Positions 1-8,138 of a stretch of DNA of 30,823 nt are shown here, piece after piece (position 1 is the stretch's first letter; every line of letters starts with the position of its first letter). Below the pieces are notes generated by a model. The model saw only the letters and a list, made by a program, of their open reading frames with translations. It was not told where the DNA came from and searched no databases. This DNA is from a virus. Lineage: Duplodnaviria > Caudoviricetes. The DNA lies in IMG/VR virus record IMGVR_UViG_3300016484_000186, positions 1-30,823 of that record; one strand, 5' to 3'. Position numbers and translations under genes: made by a program.

Positions 1-208
1 AGAAACAAAATTAAAATTTAGTAAAATAAGAAAAGGTATTAAACCTAAGTGTATTCCACCTGATTTTTCAAAATTATGTTTAGATACTTATACAGGAATA
101 TTTTATGATAGTTTAGTTAAAGGTTGTAAAGCTGTAAATATTAGACCAAATACAGAATTAACTAGAATTAGTAGAAAAAGTAAACTTCAAAGATTTATAT
201 ATGTCTAA
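1..208 (+). CDS. C-terminal part of a GIY-YIG/NUMOD3 homing endonuclease (continues from 30444..30823 across the window junction)
   Basis: Frame 2 reads ETKLKFSKIRKGIKPK...DTYTGIFYDSLVKGCKAVNIRPNT...RFIYV*. Joined to the window end it gives KKHSEETKLKFSKIRKG, a NUMOD3 motif, followed by a NUMOD1-like HTH tail. Confidence 0.85.
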   Translation, partial: ETKLKFSKIRKGIKPKCIPPDFSKLCLDTYTGIFYDSLVKGCKAVNIRPNTELTRISRKSKLQRFIYV

Positions 209-590
209 AAAAAATAAAAGAAGTAGTTTAATAAAAAAACTAGATAGTATATTTAGTATTTATATTAGAAAAAGTAGAAGTGATAAAAACGGAAATACAA
301 CTTGTATAACTTGTGGTAAAATTGAATATTGGAAAAATCAAGATTGTGGACATTTTATAAGTAGAAGAAATAATAGTACACGTTGGGATGAAAGAAACGT
401 TGATACTCAATGTAAATATTGCAATAGATATTGTCAGGGAAAACAATATGAATTTAGTTTAAAATTAGGTAATAAACTTTCAGAGGAATTACATATACTT
501 TCTAAACAAACAGTAAAATTATCTGATGCTGATTTAGAAGTAATGATAGAATATTATAAAAATTTAGTAAATAATTTGGAAGTTAAATAA
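201..590 (+). CDS. ninG: NinG/Rap-like recombination endonuclease
   Basis: CITCG...DCGHFISRR...TRWDERN...QCKYCNR pattern, typical of the lambda NinG family. Confidence 0.85.
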   Translation: MSKKNKRSSLIKKLDSIFSIYIRKSRSDKNGNTTCITCGKIEYWKNQDCGHFISRRNNSTRWDERNVDTQCKYCNRYCQGKQYEFSLKLGNKLSEELHILSKQTVKLSDADLEVMIEYYKNLVNNLEVK

Positions 591-605
591 AAAGTACTAT
601 CTTTG
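575..605 (+). promoter_or_regulatory. Bacteroidota sigma70 promoter (-33 TTTG, 19-nt spacer, -7 TATCTTTG)
   Basis: TTTG at 575-578 and TATCTTTG at 598-605, same spacing as the promoters at 5584 and 12448. Confidence 0.75.
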
Positions 606-607
606 TC

Positions 608-683
608 GTAGTTCTTTCGTTCTAGCAATAGAAGTTTTCTTTTAGTTAAAGGGGTAGTTATTAGTTTAGCTACCCTTTTTTTT
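608..683 (+). ncRNA. Candidate ~70-nt small antisense RNA
   Basis: Lies between a consensus promoter and an intrinsic terminator and contains no ATG. Has a UUCUA-GCAA-UAGAA GNRA hairpin (620-633) and a U-rich seed (636-648) complementary to AACTAAAAGAA upstream of four early start codons. Confidence 0.55.
648..683 (+). terminator. Rho-independent terminator
   Basis: GGGTAG(TTA)...(TAG)CTACCC stem followed by T8. Confidence 0.85.
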
Positions 684-818
684 ATAGTTATAACTTTAAA
701 AACTATATTTATATTAAAAGTTTTAAGTATATAACCTTAAAAAACTATAATATAATCAGTCTAAACCCTTATAAAATATATATAAATAAAATTTTTTAGA
801 AAAAAAAGTAAAAAATAT

Positions 819-849
819 TTTTTTTATTAAAATAATGTTTATATATTTG
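819..849 (+). promoter_or_regulatory. Early host-type promoter (-7 TATATTTG) with TTTATTAAAA spacer element
   Basis: TATATTTG at 842-849; TTTATTAAAA at 823-832 in the same position as in the 5584 and 12448 promoters; upstream A-tracts. The -33 position reads TTTT rather than TTTG. Confidence 0.65.
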
Positions 850-868
850 TGAAATAAAATTAAACTTT

Positions 869-1015
869 ATGGAAACTAGAAACGAACATTTAGAGTATAT
901 GCTATTTAGAATAGATGCTCTACAGAAAGCACTTGAAAAAGTACAATTAGAAAATTTAATGTTAAAGCAGAAACTAGAGAATAGAGATGCTACATTAGAA
1001 GTATTAACGTATAAT
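869..1015 (+). CDS. Small coiled-coil hypothetical protein (48 aa, not in ORF track)
   Basis: METRNEHLEYMLFRIDALQKALEKVQLENLMLKQKLENRDATLEVLTL*; first ORF after the promoter, with an A-rich leader. Confidence 0.7.
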
Positions 1016-1031
1016 TATAATTATTTAAACA

Positions 1032-1385
1032 ATGGAAACTAGTATTGTAAAAGTTATCACTCCTGCAGGAGAGTGGAACGGAATGAACAAACAAAAAGTT
1101 ACTTTAGCTAACGGAAAGGTAATTACTTTTTTAAGCAAAGGAGATTTTAAGGCAAATGTTGGAGATAGTATTAACTATCAAATAACAAACGAACAGTATC
1201 AAACAGGAAAGCTGTTAGGTAAGGTAGATGTACCACAAAAGAGTAATAATGCAGATATTCAATTATCTATTATTAAACAGACTTGTATTAAGGCTTCTGC
1301 AGAGTTTAATGCTCAAAGAGGAACAGTAGGCATAGAAGATGTTATTAGTGATGCAGAAATAATGTTAAATTGGATATTAAGCTAG
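1032..1385 (+). CDS. Putative OB-fold ssDNA-binding/annealing protein
   Basis: Beta-rich N-terminus and helical SIIKQTCIKASAEF tail; located next to the SSB-like and helicase genes. Confidence 0.45.
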   Translation: METSIVKVITPAGEWNGMNKQKVTLANGKVITFLSKGDFKANVGDSINYQITNEQYQTGKLLGKVDVPQKSNNADIQLSIIKQTCIKASAEFNAQRGTVGIEDVISDAEIMLNWILS

Positions 1386-1386
1386 T

Positions 1387-1671
1387 ATGGAGACAATTTT
1401 AGTAAATGGTATGATACCAAAGAAAGCTAAACACGATTTTATCGTTACAAATTTGCATATAAATGTAAATGAGTTTAGTAAGTTTTTAATCGAGCAAAAA
1501 GATTATATAGAAAAAAATAATGGTTGGTTAACTGTAGATATTTTGAAGTCTAAAAAAGACCCTGAAAAATACTATGGTAAGATAACTAAATTAGAGAAAA
1601 AAGCAGAAGTATCAGCAAGTAGCCATATGCCTGATAGAGAAGCTAAAGTAGCAGACGATTTACCATTTTAA
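1387..1671 (+). CDS. Putative single-stranded DNA-binding protein
   Basis: Ends in the acidic SSB-type tip DDLPF. Confidence 0.55.
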   Translation: METILVNGMIPKKAKHDFIVTNLHINVNEFSKFLIEQKDYIEKNNGWLTVDILKSKKDPEKYYGKITKLEKKAEVSASSHMPDREAKVADDLPF

Positions 1672-1677
1672 TAACTA

Positions 1678-1708
1678 GGGGATAGTGTAAAAAGCTATCC
1701 CTTTTTTT
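1678..1708 (+). terminator. Rho-independent terminator
   Basis: GGGATAG...CTATCCC stem followed by T7. Confidence 0.8.
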
Positions 1709-1722
1709 AAACTAAAAGAACT

Positions 1723-2637
1723 ATGTTAGTAGAAATAGACGAACAATTAAAAATCTTAAAAGATATAAGACTAGGAAACGTTAAGGAGGGTTTAAAACTT
1801 GATATACCCGAAATAGATGAGTATTTTAGATTTAAACCTACAAATATAAACGTAATACTAGGACACGCCAATGTAGGTAAGACTTCACTTATTTTATATT
1901 TAATGTTATGTTATTCTAAAAAATATGATATTAAATGGTTGGTATATACTTCAGAAAATGAAACTTACGGAACTATTAGAAAGTTAGTAGAGTATTTAAC
2001 AGAAACACCTATAAACTTAATTGATGAGTTTGAATTTAATATGCAGGTTAGTTGGATAAACGAACATTTTAAATTTATCTCAATAGACAGAACTTATACA
2101 TATAAGGAGTTATTAGATTTATGTAAAGCTGTAAAAGATGCTTGGGACTATGACGGAATATTATTAGACCCTTATAACTCAATAGCTAAAGACGGTAAAA
2201 TACTAAAAGACATTGGAGGCAATACTCACGATTACGATTATTTTGCTATGAGTGAAATGCGTATATTTTGCAAGTCAAATAAAGTAACGATGTGGATATG
2301 TGCACACCCAAGTACAGAAGCTACTAGAAAGGTACACAGAGACGGACACTATTACGCAGGACACCCTACACCACCAAATAGCTCTGATATAGAGGGAGGA
2401 GGAAAGTACGTAAATAGATGCGATGATTTTATAGTTATTCACAGGTACATTTTCCACCCTACAGATTATATGAAATCGCATATGTATTTAAGAAAGGTTA
2501 AGGAAATAGAAACAGGAGGAAGACCGAACAGCATTGATAACCCTATAGAATTAAAAGCAATTAGAAATAATGTAGGATATGAAATAGGAGGAACAAGTTT
2601 GTTAAAATTAATAGAAAGTAATAACACACCTTTTTAG
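1723..2637 (+). CDS. DnaB-like SF4 replicative helicase (no primase domain)
   Basis: Walker A GHANVGKT, catalytic TSEN, Walker B ILLDPY, CAHP, DIEGG and VIHR motifs. Confidence 0.85.
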   Translation: MLVEIDEQLKILKDIRLGNVKEGLKLDIPEIDEYFRFKPTNINVILGHANVGKTSLILYLMLCYSKKYDIKWLVYTSENETYGTIRKLVEYLTETPINLIDEFEFNMQVSWINEHFKFISIDRTYTYKELLDLCKAVKDAWDYDGILLDPYNSIAKDGKILKDIGGNTHDYDYFAMSEMRIFCKSNKVTMWICAHPSTEATRKVHRDGHYYAGHPTPPNSSDIEGGGKYVNRCDDFIVIHRYIFHPTDYMKSHMYLRKVKEIETGGRPNSIDNPIELKAIRNNVGYEIGGTSLLKLIESNNTPF

Positions 2638-2639
2638 TT

Positions 2640-3032
2640 ATGACAGAACAAGAAAAAAAAGAATATTACACGCATAAGTTAGTAACTAGCGTAATGACAG
2701 CACAGATATTAAATAATCAGTTACACGATTTAGTAGTTAATAAAGTATTTAAACAATCTGATAAGAAGCATATAAACAATGCAATTAAAATTTTAGAAAG
2801 CATAGAGAGTAAATACTATGATAAATTCTACGACAAAAAAGAGGAAAAGACTAGCGAGGTTTATGACTTTTATGAAAAATTTATTAGTACTATGGCTAAT
2901 GTGCCTATTTACGATGCTTCAGTAGTAATGATGTTGTATAAACTTTATAAGGAAACACCGAGAAAATTACAGGAATTAATAAACGAAAACTATGAAAGCG
3001 AATATCTTACGAAAATACAGAACGAAGTATAA
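2640..3032 (+). CDS. Hypothetical protein
   Basis: 130-aa ORF, tightly packed in the operon. Confidence 0.7.
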   Translation: MTEQEKKEYYTHKLVTSVMTAQILNNQLHDLVVNKVFKQSDKKHINNAIKILESIESKYYDKFYDKKEEKTSEVYDFYEKFISTMANVPIYDASVVMMLYKLYKETPRKLQELINENYESEYLTKIQNEV

Positions 3033-3198
3033 GTTAATAGAATATAACGGTACTTATTGGTTAGGAAAAAGAAACCTAACAGGGTATTATGTTATAATGG
3101 ACTATTTAAGTACTGATAAGAATTTTGCAAAGAAAGCATACAGAGAATTTATTTTAAAAGATTTAGCAAAAAGATATTACAAATGGATAATAATATAG
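2992..3198 (+). CDS. Hypothetical protein
   Basis: 68-aa ORF overlapping its neighbours. Confidence 0.55.
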   Translation: MKANILRKYRTKYKLIEYNGTYWLGKRNLTGYYVIMDYLSTDKNFAKKAYREFILKDLAKRYYKWIII

Positions 3199-3326
3199 AA
3201 AACCACAGACAAGAACTACAAGAGGAACTAAAGGAAATAAACGGAAAACTACGTTGGTTACTTAAAAGAGGTGCTAACGATGAGAATTTAGTTAATAGAA
3301 AAAGATATTTAGAAAGCCTGATATGA
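3183..3326 (+). CDS. Small hypothetical protein (47 aa, not in ORF track)
   Basis: MDNNIENHRQELQEELKEINGKLRWLLKRG...YLESLI*; ATGA overlap with the next ORF. Confidence 0.6.
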   Translation: MDNNIENHRQELQEELKEINGKLRWLLKRGANDENLVNRKRYLESLI

Positions 3327-3472
3327 GAATATATTTTAATTTAGTTAGAGGATTTGCCTTTGGGTTTATAGTTTACAAACCTAGTTACGAGTTTAACGAT
3401 GTACCTGCAGAGGATAACTATACAGATATAGATATTATATTTGGCTTTGTATCGATTAAAATTTGTTTATAA
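3323..3472 (+). CDS. Small hypothetical protein (49 aa, not in ORF track)
   Basis: MRIYFNLVRGFAFGFIVYKP...DIIFGFVSIKICL*; its TAA overlaps the ATG of the sigma factor. Confidence 0.6.
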   Translation: MRIYFNLVRGFAFGFIVYKPSYEFNDVPAEDNYTDIDIIFGFVSIKICL

Positions 3473-3963
3473 TGTTAAAGGAGTTAGGTAAAAATCACAA
3501 ACTTTGGTTAAAGTACCTTTACAGTTTAGGCTGTAGAGAATGCTGCGAGGATATAGTACAGGATATGTATATAAAAGTATATGAATATCTACAACGACAC
3601 AACAAAGATATAATGTACAATAAAGACGAAATTAACTACTATTTTATTTATATCGCTTTACAAAACCTGTACTATGACCAACTCCGTAAAAAGAAAATAG
3701 ATTTTATAGAAATAGAAGAAATAGACTTACAAGACGATGACTACATAGAAATAAATATGGATAAAGAGTTAGAGGCTATTTATGAATGGTACAACAATAA
3801 CGAGGGCAACACTCACGAATTAGAATATTATAAAAGAATATTTGAGGAAATATTTATAGAAAAAAAATCAGTTTCGGAACTATCTAGAGAGAGTAAAATT
3901 ACTTATTGGAGTTTACGAAATGCAGTTAAGATAATTAAAAAACAAATACAAGATTTAATATGA
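3472..3963 (+). CDS. ECF-like sigma70 factor (regions 2 and 4)
   Basis: EDIVQDMYIK...YIALQNLYYDQLRK (region 2) and KSVSELSRESKITYWSLRN HTH (region 4). ATG at 3472 preferred over the TTG at 3463. Confidence 0.8.
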   Translation: MLKELGKNHKLWLKYLYSLGCRECCEDIVQDMYIKVYEYLQRHNKDIMYNKDEINYYFIYIALQNLYYDQLRKKKIDFIEIEEIDLQDDDYIEINMDKELEAIYEWYNNNEGNTHELEYYKRIFEEIFIEKKSVSELSRESKITYWSLRNAVKIIKKQIQDLI

Positions 3964-4178
3964 TACCACTACACTATAAAACAGACGGAATAGATATAAT
4001 AGAATTTTGTAAAATGTATGAACTAAATTTTAACAGAGGAAATATAGTAAAGTACATTTGTAGAGCAGGTAAAAAAGATAACGAACTTCAGGACTTAAGA
4101 AAGGCTTTAGACTACTTACAAAGAGAGATAGAGCATTACGAAAAATTGCAAGAAGAATGGATAGAAAATAATAAGTAA
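3960..4178 (+). CDS. DUF3310-family protein
   Basis: PLHY...IDIIEF...FNRGNIVKYICRAGKK...DLRKALDYL signature. Confidence 0.8.
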   Translation: MIPLHYKTDGIDIIEFCKMYELNFNRGNIVKYICRAGKKDNELQDLRKALDYLQREIEHYEKLQEEWIENNK

Positions 4179-4199
4179 ATAATATAAAAAACTTGACAA

Positions 4200-4400
4200 A
4201 TGGATATAACAAAATGCAAAGGTACTGATTGTATTATTAAAGAAAAATGCATTAGATATACAGCAAAAGAAACGCCTGAATATCAATCGTGGTTTGTAGA
4301 TATACCTTTTAAAATTAAAGATAATGAATTTACTTGCGATATGTATTGGGGAGAAAATTCACAAAATATTTTTAATGTATTAGGTAAAATAATTAAATAA
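4200..4400 (+). CDS. Small Cys-rich hypothetical protein
   Basis: DITKCKGTDC..KEKC.RY...C..YW; four Cys, possibly Zn-binding. Confidence 0.7.
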   Translation: MDITKCKGTDCIIKEKCIRYTAKETPEYQSWFVDIPFKIKDNEFTCDMYWGENSQNIFNVLGKIIK

Positions 4401-4425
4401 CTATTATAAAACTAATTAAAGAAAA

Positions 4426-4584
4426 ATGATACAGTCTATAGATAAATTTTATTTAAAAAAAGTTAAAAGAATGTACCAAGACGAGCCGTACTTACAATGT
4501 ATATACACAAATGGTATAGAAAGTAAAATAATAGCAGTCAAATTTGGAGAGGATATAAAAAGCGTAATATATGAAATTGGGTAA
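4426..4584 (+). CDS. Small hypothetical protein (52 aa, not in ORF track)
   Basis: MIQSIDKFYLKKVKRMYQDEPYLQC...VIYEIG*; A-rich leader. Confidence 0.5.
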   Translation: MIQSIDKFYLKKVKRMYQDEPYLQCIYTNGIESKIIAVKFGEDIKSVIYEIG

Positions 4585-4717
4585 CATATTAGAAAGTATT
4601 TTTAAGTACACAGGAGTACGATTTATAGTAAAAGGTATTAGTAATTGGCTAGGGATAGATTGTGGCTGTAATGAGAGAAAAGAAGCCTTAAATAACATAT
4701 TCAGAAATGGAAAGTAA
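4571..4717 (+). CDS. Small hypothetical protein with DCGC motif (48 aa, not in ORF track)
   Basis: MKLGNILESIFKYTGVRFIVKGISNWLGIDCGCNERKEALNNIFRNGK*. Confidence 0.7.
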   Translation: MKLGNILESIFKYTGVRFIVKGISNWLGIDCGCNERKEALNNIFRNGK

Positions 4718-4922
4718 AGATTATTTTAAATGGTTAGATTTTATTAGCAAAACGAGTAACACTATAGACCATACAGAATATATGTTAGTTATGGAGTTAC
4801 ACGCTAAATACTTTAATCATAAATTTAAAAAGCTATGTAAGTGTAAAGGAAGTGCTATACAAAAGTGGATAGACGAATTAAACGAATTTTTTGAAAAAAG
4901 CCCAAAGCCAAAAATTAGATGA
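4707..4922 (+). CDS. Hypothetical protein (CxC motif)
   Basis: 71-aa ORF containing LCKCKGS. Confidence 0.65.
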   Translation: MESKDYFKWLDFISKTSNTIDHTEYMLVMELHAKYFNHKFKKLCKCKGSAIQKWIDELNEFFEKSPKPKIR

Positions 4923-5320
4923 TAAATAAAATTAAACAATGGGAATTAGCTACCATAGGAGTACTTAATTTAGACGGTTGGGACTTACAACCTAGTAATG
5001 AATTTGATTGCTACGATGCGATAGGATATACTCCTAAAGGTATTAAATGCGTAATAGAAATGAAGTTTAGAAATGATTATTACGAAACTAAAATGCTAGA
5101 AGTAGATAAATACAATAGTTTAATGAAATTAGAGGAATATGTAAAAATATACTTTGTTAATGATGCAAAGGGAAATTATATGTTTTGGCTAGATAATATA
5201 ATAATGCCTACTCCTGTTTGGATAAAAGCACCTAAAACTACTATGTGGAATAATCAAAATGTAAGCAAAAATGTTTATATGTTACCTGAGGGAAAGGCTA
5301 CTATAATTAATCGGTATTAA
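4919..5320 (+). CDS. PD-(D/E)XK-fold nuclease-like protein
   Basis: YDAIG...VIEMKFR catalytic-type motif. Confidence 0.6.
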   Translation: MINKIKQWELATIGVLNLDGWDLQPSNEFDCYDAIGYTPKGIKCVIEMKFRNDYYETKMLEVDKYNSLMKLEEYVKIYFVNDAKGNYMFWLDNIIMPTPVWIKAPKTTMWNNQNVSKNVYMLPEGKATIINRY

Positions 5321-5583
5321 TGGATAAGTTTATAAATAAAATTTTACACTATAGTATAAATAAAGTTTTATATTTATTTAATAGATGTATAACAGCTAAT
5401 ACTGTTTATTATATAGGTAACATTGGTAATGATTGGAAAATTATAAAAAAATATAAAGATTATTTCGAGATAAGTTACAATGTTTTAAGTAAAACAGAAA
5501 ACAAGAATATCTATAAAATAGATAAGCAAATAAGGTTGTTTAAGTATAATTACAAAAAAATTTAAAAAAAAGTTTAAATTTAT

Positions 5584-5614
5584 TTTGTTTATTAAAAAAC
5601 TTTTAATATCTTTG
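5584..5614 (+). promoter_or_regulatory. Early host-type promoter (-33 TTTG, -7 TATCTTTG)
   Basis: TTTG at 5584-5587, 19-nt spacer, TATCTTTG at 5607-5614. Confidence 0.8.
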
Positions 5615-5643
5615 TACCATAATAATTAAAACTAAAAGAAATT

Positions 5644-5841
5644 ATGGAAACAAAAAATTTTATTACAAAAGAATTTAAAAGAAGAGAAGAACTAGTAATG
5701 GATATTGAATTTAGAAAAATAGTAGCAAAACACGCAGAAAATATAGGTATAAGTGCTGAGGAATGGAACAAAAATAAAATGACTATATTATTGTATTTTG
5801 CAAATGAATTTTGCTCTATAGAGAATAAAAATAATAATTAA
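5644..5841 (+). CDS. Hypothetical early protein
   Basis: 65 aa; first gene after the promoter. Confidence 0.7.
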   Translation: METKNFITKEFKRREELVMDIEFRKIVAKHAENIGISAEEWNKNKMTILLYFANEFCSIENKNNN

Positions 5842-5890
5842 ATAAAACAGGGGTGCGACTGTAACGAATATTAATTTTAAACTAAAAGAA

Positions 5891-6253
5891 ATGACAAAAG
5901 AATTTTTATACGAAAAGTTAGTTAAAAGCATAGAAAAAAATGTTTTACTAGAACATAGAATAAATGATTTAGAAAAAAAAAATTATGAATTAGGAATTAT
6001 TATAAATGAAAAAGATAATAAAATATCTAGTTTAAATTTAGAAATAAGTGCTATTACAGGTAATATTATAAATAAAAATACAGAAGTTATTTTAGAAAAT
6101 GAAACTAAATATACTTATGATATAGTAGAAAATAATTACATTGTTAGAAGAGCAAAACATACAGATTTAGAAGAGAACTTATTTGATAATATAGAAAGTA
6201 TTTTAAAATTAGCAAAAAGAGAAAATTATAACATAAAATTTAAACTAAAATGA
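5891..6253 (+). CDS. Hypothetical coiled-coil protein
   Basis: 120 aa with a heptad-rich N-terminus. Confidence 0.65.
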   Translation: MTKEFLYEKLVKSIEKNVLLEHRINDLEKKNYELGIIINEKDNKISSLNLEISAITGNIINKNTEVILENETKYTYDIVENNYIVRRAKHTDLEENLFDNIESILKLAKRENYNIKFKLK

Positions 6254-6447
6254 GAACTGAATTTATCGACTATTTAGATGTAGAATTTGAGGTAGAGTAT
6301 TATACTACTTCAGGAGAAGAAGAAACAGGAATACCTGCCTGTTATGAAGTTACAAATGTTTACATAAATAATGTATGTGTAACAGATGTATTAAATGAAA
6401 AAGTATTAGAAAGACTAGAAGATGAACTAACTAAAAGAATATGCTAA
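6250..6447 (+). CDS. Hypothetical acidic protein
   Basis: 65 aa; ATGA overlap with the upstream gene. Confidence 0.7.
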   Translation: MRTEFIDYLDVEFEVEYYTTSGEEETGIPACYEVTNVYINNVCVTDVLNEKVLERLEDELTKRIC

Positions 6448-6602
6448 CAAAGGACACTTGGTATGCTGTACTAGAAGAGATTAGAAAGTATGCACAAACA
6501 GACAAAGAACTAACTCACATTAACCTAGAAATTAAAATAAGAAAAAATAGTTGGGGAGATAAAAAAATAAGTACTTGTAAAATTAATTTAACTAAAGATT
6601 AG
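6441..6602 (+). CDS. Small hypothetical protein (53 aa, not in ORF track)
   Basis: MLTKDTWYAVLEEIRKYAQTDKELTHINLEIKIRK...KINLTKD*; fills the gap before the exonuclease. Confidence 0.65.
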   Translation: MLTKDTWYAVLEEIRKYAQTDKELTHINLEIKIRKNSWGDKKISTCKINLTKD

Positions 6603-6607
6603 AAATT

Positions 6608-7378
6608 ATGATTAAAACGCTAGACGGAAAGAATTGGGAAGAAAAAGAACTATTAGACAATATGTACGATGATAGTTTTTATTACGGTTATTTAGGTAAG
6701 TATGCTTTTAGTAGCAGCTCTTTAAAGCTGTTATTAGATAGTCCAAAGACTTACAAATATGTAACTCAATACGGAAACGAAGAGAGCCAAGCATTAAGAG
6801 ACGGAAAACTGTTTCATACTTTAATACTAGAGCCAAATAAATTAGAAAGCTATCACTTTGTAGATGTAGCTAGTAAGAATACAAAAGCGTATCAGGAAGC
6901 TAAAAAAGAAAACGAGAATGTATTTACAACAAAGGAGTTAAAAGATGCAGAGAGATTAGCAGATGCGATTTATAAAAACGAAGAGGCAAAGAGTTTACTA
7001 GTTAAGTCAGAATTTGAAATACCTGCTATCGGAACTCTATACGGATACCCTTTTAGAGCTAAAGCAGACATATTAAAACCAAATGCTATTGTAGATTTAA
7101 AAACTACTACCGATGTAAATAACTTTTATTTATCAGCAAAGAAATATAAATACGCTTTACAGGTTTATATATATTGTCAGTTGTTTAATGTAGAGTATAA
7201 AGACTTTACTTTTTTATGTGTAGATAAAAGCAATTTAGATTTAGGTATTTTTACCTGTAGTCAGGACTTTTATTTTCAGGGAGAGGAAATGTTAGAGAGA
7301 GCAATTAGCATTTATAAAAAATACTTTGAACAAGACGGAATAGATATTAACGATTATATAATTAAAGGAGAATTGTAA
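6608..7378 (+). CDS. PD-(D/E)XK exonuclease, RecE/exonuclease VIII-like
   Basis: SSSSLK...GKLFHTLILEP...RAKADIL...IVDLKTT...YALQVYIY. Confidence 0.85.
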   Translation: MIKTLDGKNWEEKELLDNMYDDSFYYGYLGKYAFSSSSLKLLLDSPKTYKYVTQYGNEESQALRDGKLFHTLILEPNKLESYHFVDVASKNTKAYQEAKKENENVFTTKELKDAERLADAIYKNEEAKSLLVKSEFEIPAIGTLYGYPFRAKADILKPNAIVDLKTTTDVNNFYLSAKKYKYALQVYIYCQLFNVEYKDFTFLCVDKSNLDLGIFTCSQDFYFQGEEMLERAISIYKKYFEQDGIDINDYIIKGEL

Positions 7379-7391
7379 AAACAAATAAGAT

Positions 7392-7628
7392 ATGGAAATA
7401 AACCACGATAAAGGAAAAACAGTAGGAGAAAGTTTAGGGCTAGATTTAAACTTTATGAAAGACCTAGACGAAAAATTTACAGATGCTGTACATTATAGCA
7501 TAGGAGTAGAGTTAAAAACAGAAATTGTAGAGTATGTTTTAAATAATTTTAGTTACAATGAATTAGTAATTATAGCTACAAAATACATAGACGAAGTATC
7601 AGTAGATTATATAAACAATAACTTATGA
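7392..7628 (+). CDS. Hypothetical protein
   Basis: 78-aa ORF. Confidence 0.65.
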   Translation: MEINHDKGKTVGESLGLDLNFMKDLDEKFTDAVHYSIGVELKTEIVEYVLNNFSYNELVIIATKYIDEVSVDYINNNL

Positions 7629-7693
7629 TAATAGGTATAGTAATAACAGGAGTATATTTTATAACAATAGTATTAATTAGCAAAATAGATTAA
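7625..7693 (+). CDS. 22-aa single-TM micropeptide (not in ORF track)
   Basis: MIIGIVITGVYFITIVLISKID*; ATGA-coupled to the upstream gene and ends 2 nt before the next ATG. Confidence 0.5.
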   Translation: MIIGIVITGVYFITIVLISKID

Positions 7694-7695
7694 AA

Positions 7696-8136
7696 ATGAT
7701 AGTAAAAGAAACGATTAGAGAACAAAAGACAGTAAGTAAGTATTTACAGGTAGCAAATAGGGTAAACAAACTTTTAAACGTAAATGTATTCGATAACAAA
7801 AGAACATTAGATTTGGTAGATGCTAGAAGCGTAACTTGTTATATATTAAACAAATACTACGGAGGTACGTTACATAGTATAGCAGACTTCTTTAAAACAA
7901 ACGGAAAAAGATTTGACCATAGTACAGTTTATTATAATATACAACTATTTGAGAGAGAAGTAAAAGTAAGAAGAAAAGATATAGACGAAAACTTAATGTA
8001 TTTAATAGGTACTATAGACTACAATACACACCTAAACATAGTACTAGATACTGTATTAAGCGATGAGGACAAAGAACGTATTATAAAGATAGTAAATAGA
8101 TTAGCACATAAATATTACAAAAAAAGCGTTATATAG
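7696..8136 (+). CDS. DnaA domain IV-like (Bac_DnaA_C) HTH DNA-binding protein
   Basis: R..DLVDAR...TLHSIADFF...FDHSTVYY resembles the DnaA C-terminal RDHTTV helix. Confidence 0.7.
   Translation: MIVKETIREQKTVSKYLQVANRVNKLLNVNVFDNKRTLDLVDARSVTCYILNKYYGGTLHSIADFFKTNGKRFDHSTVYYNIQLFEREVKVRRKDIDENLMYLIGTIDYNTHLNIVLDTVLSDEDKERIIKIVNRLAHKYYKKSVI
8127..8135 (+). promoter_or_regulatory. Putative late promoter -10 element CGTTATATA
   Basis: Motif recurs at 13535, 20881, 22635 and 24799, each in front of a late operon. Confidence 0.65.
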
Positions 8137-8138
8137 TT

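Noticed and set aside
5319-5330. TGGATAA as a DnaA box
   Set aside because: Only 7/9 match to TTATCCACA; other copies are scattered in coding regions with no cluster.
5320-5565. 81-aa ORF from the track
   Set aside because: Composed mostly of AT-codon residues (I, K, N, Y) with no motif and lies in the AT-rich zone upstream of a promoter. It may be non-coding, although the TAATG overlap means it cannot be excluded.
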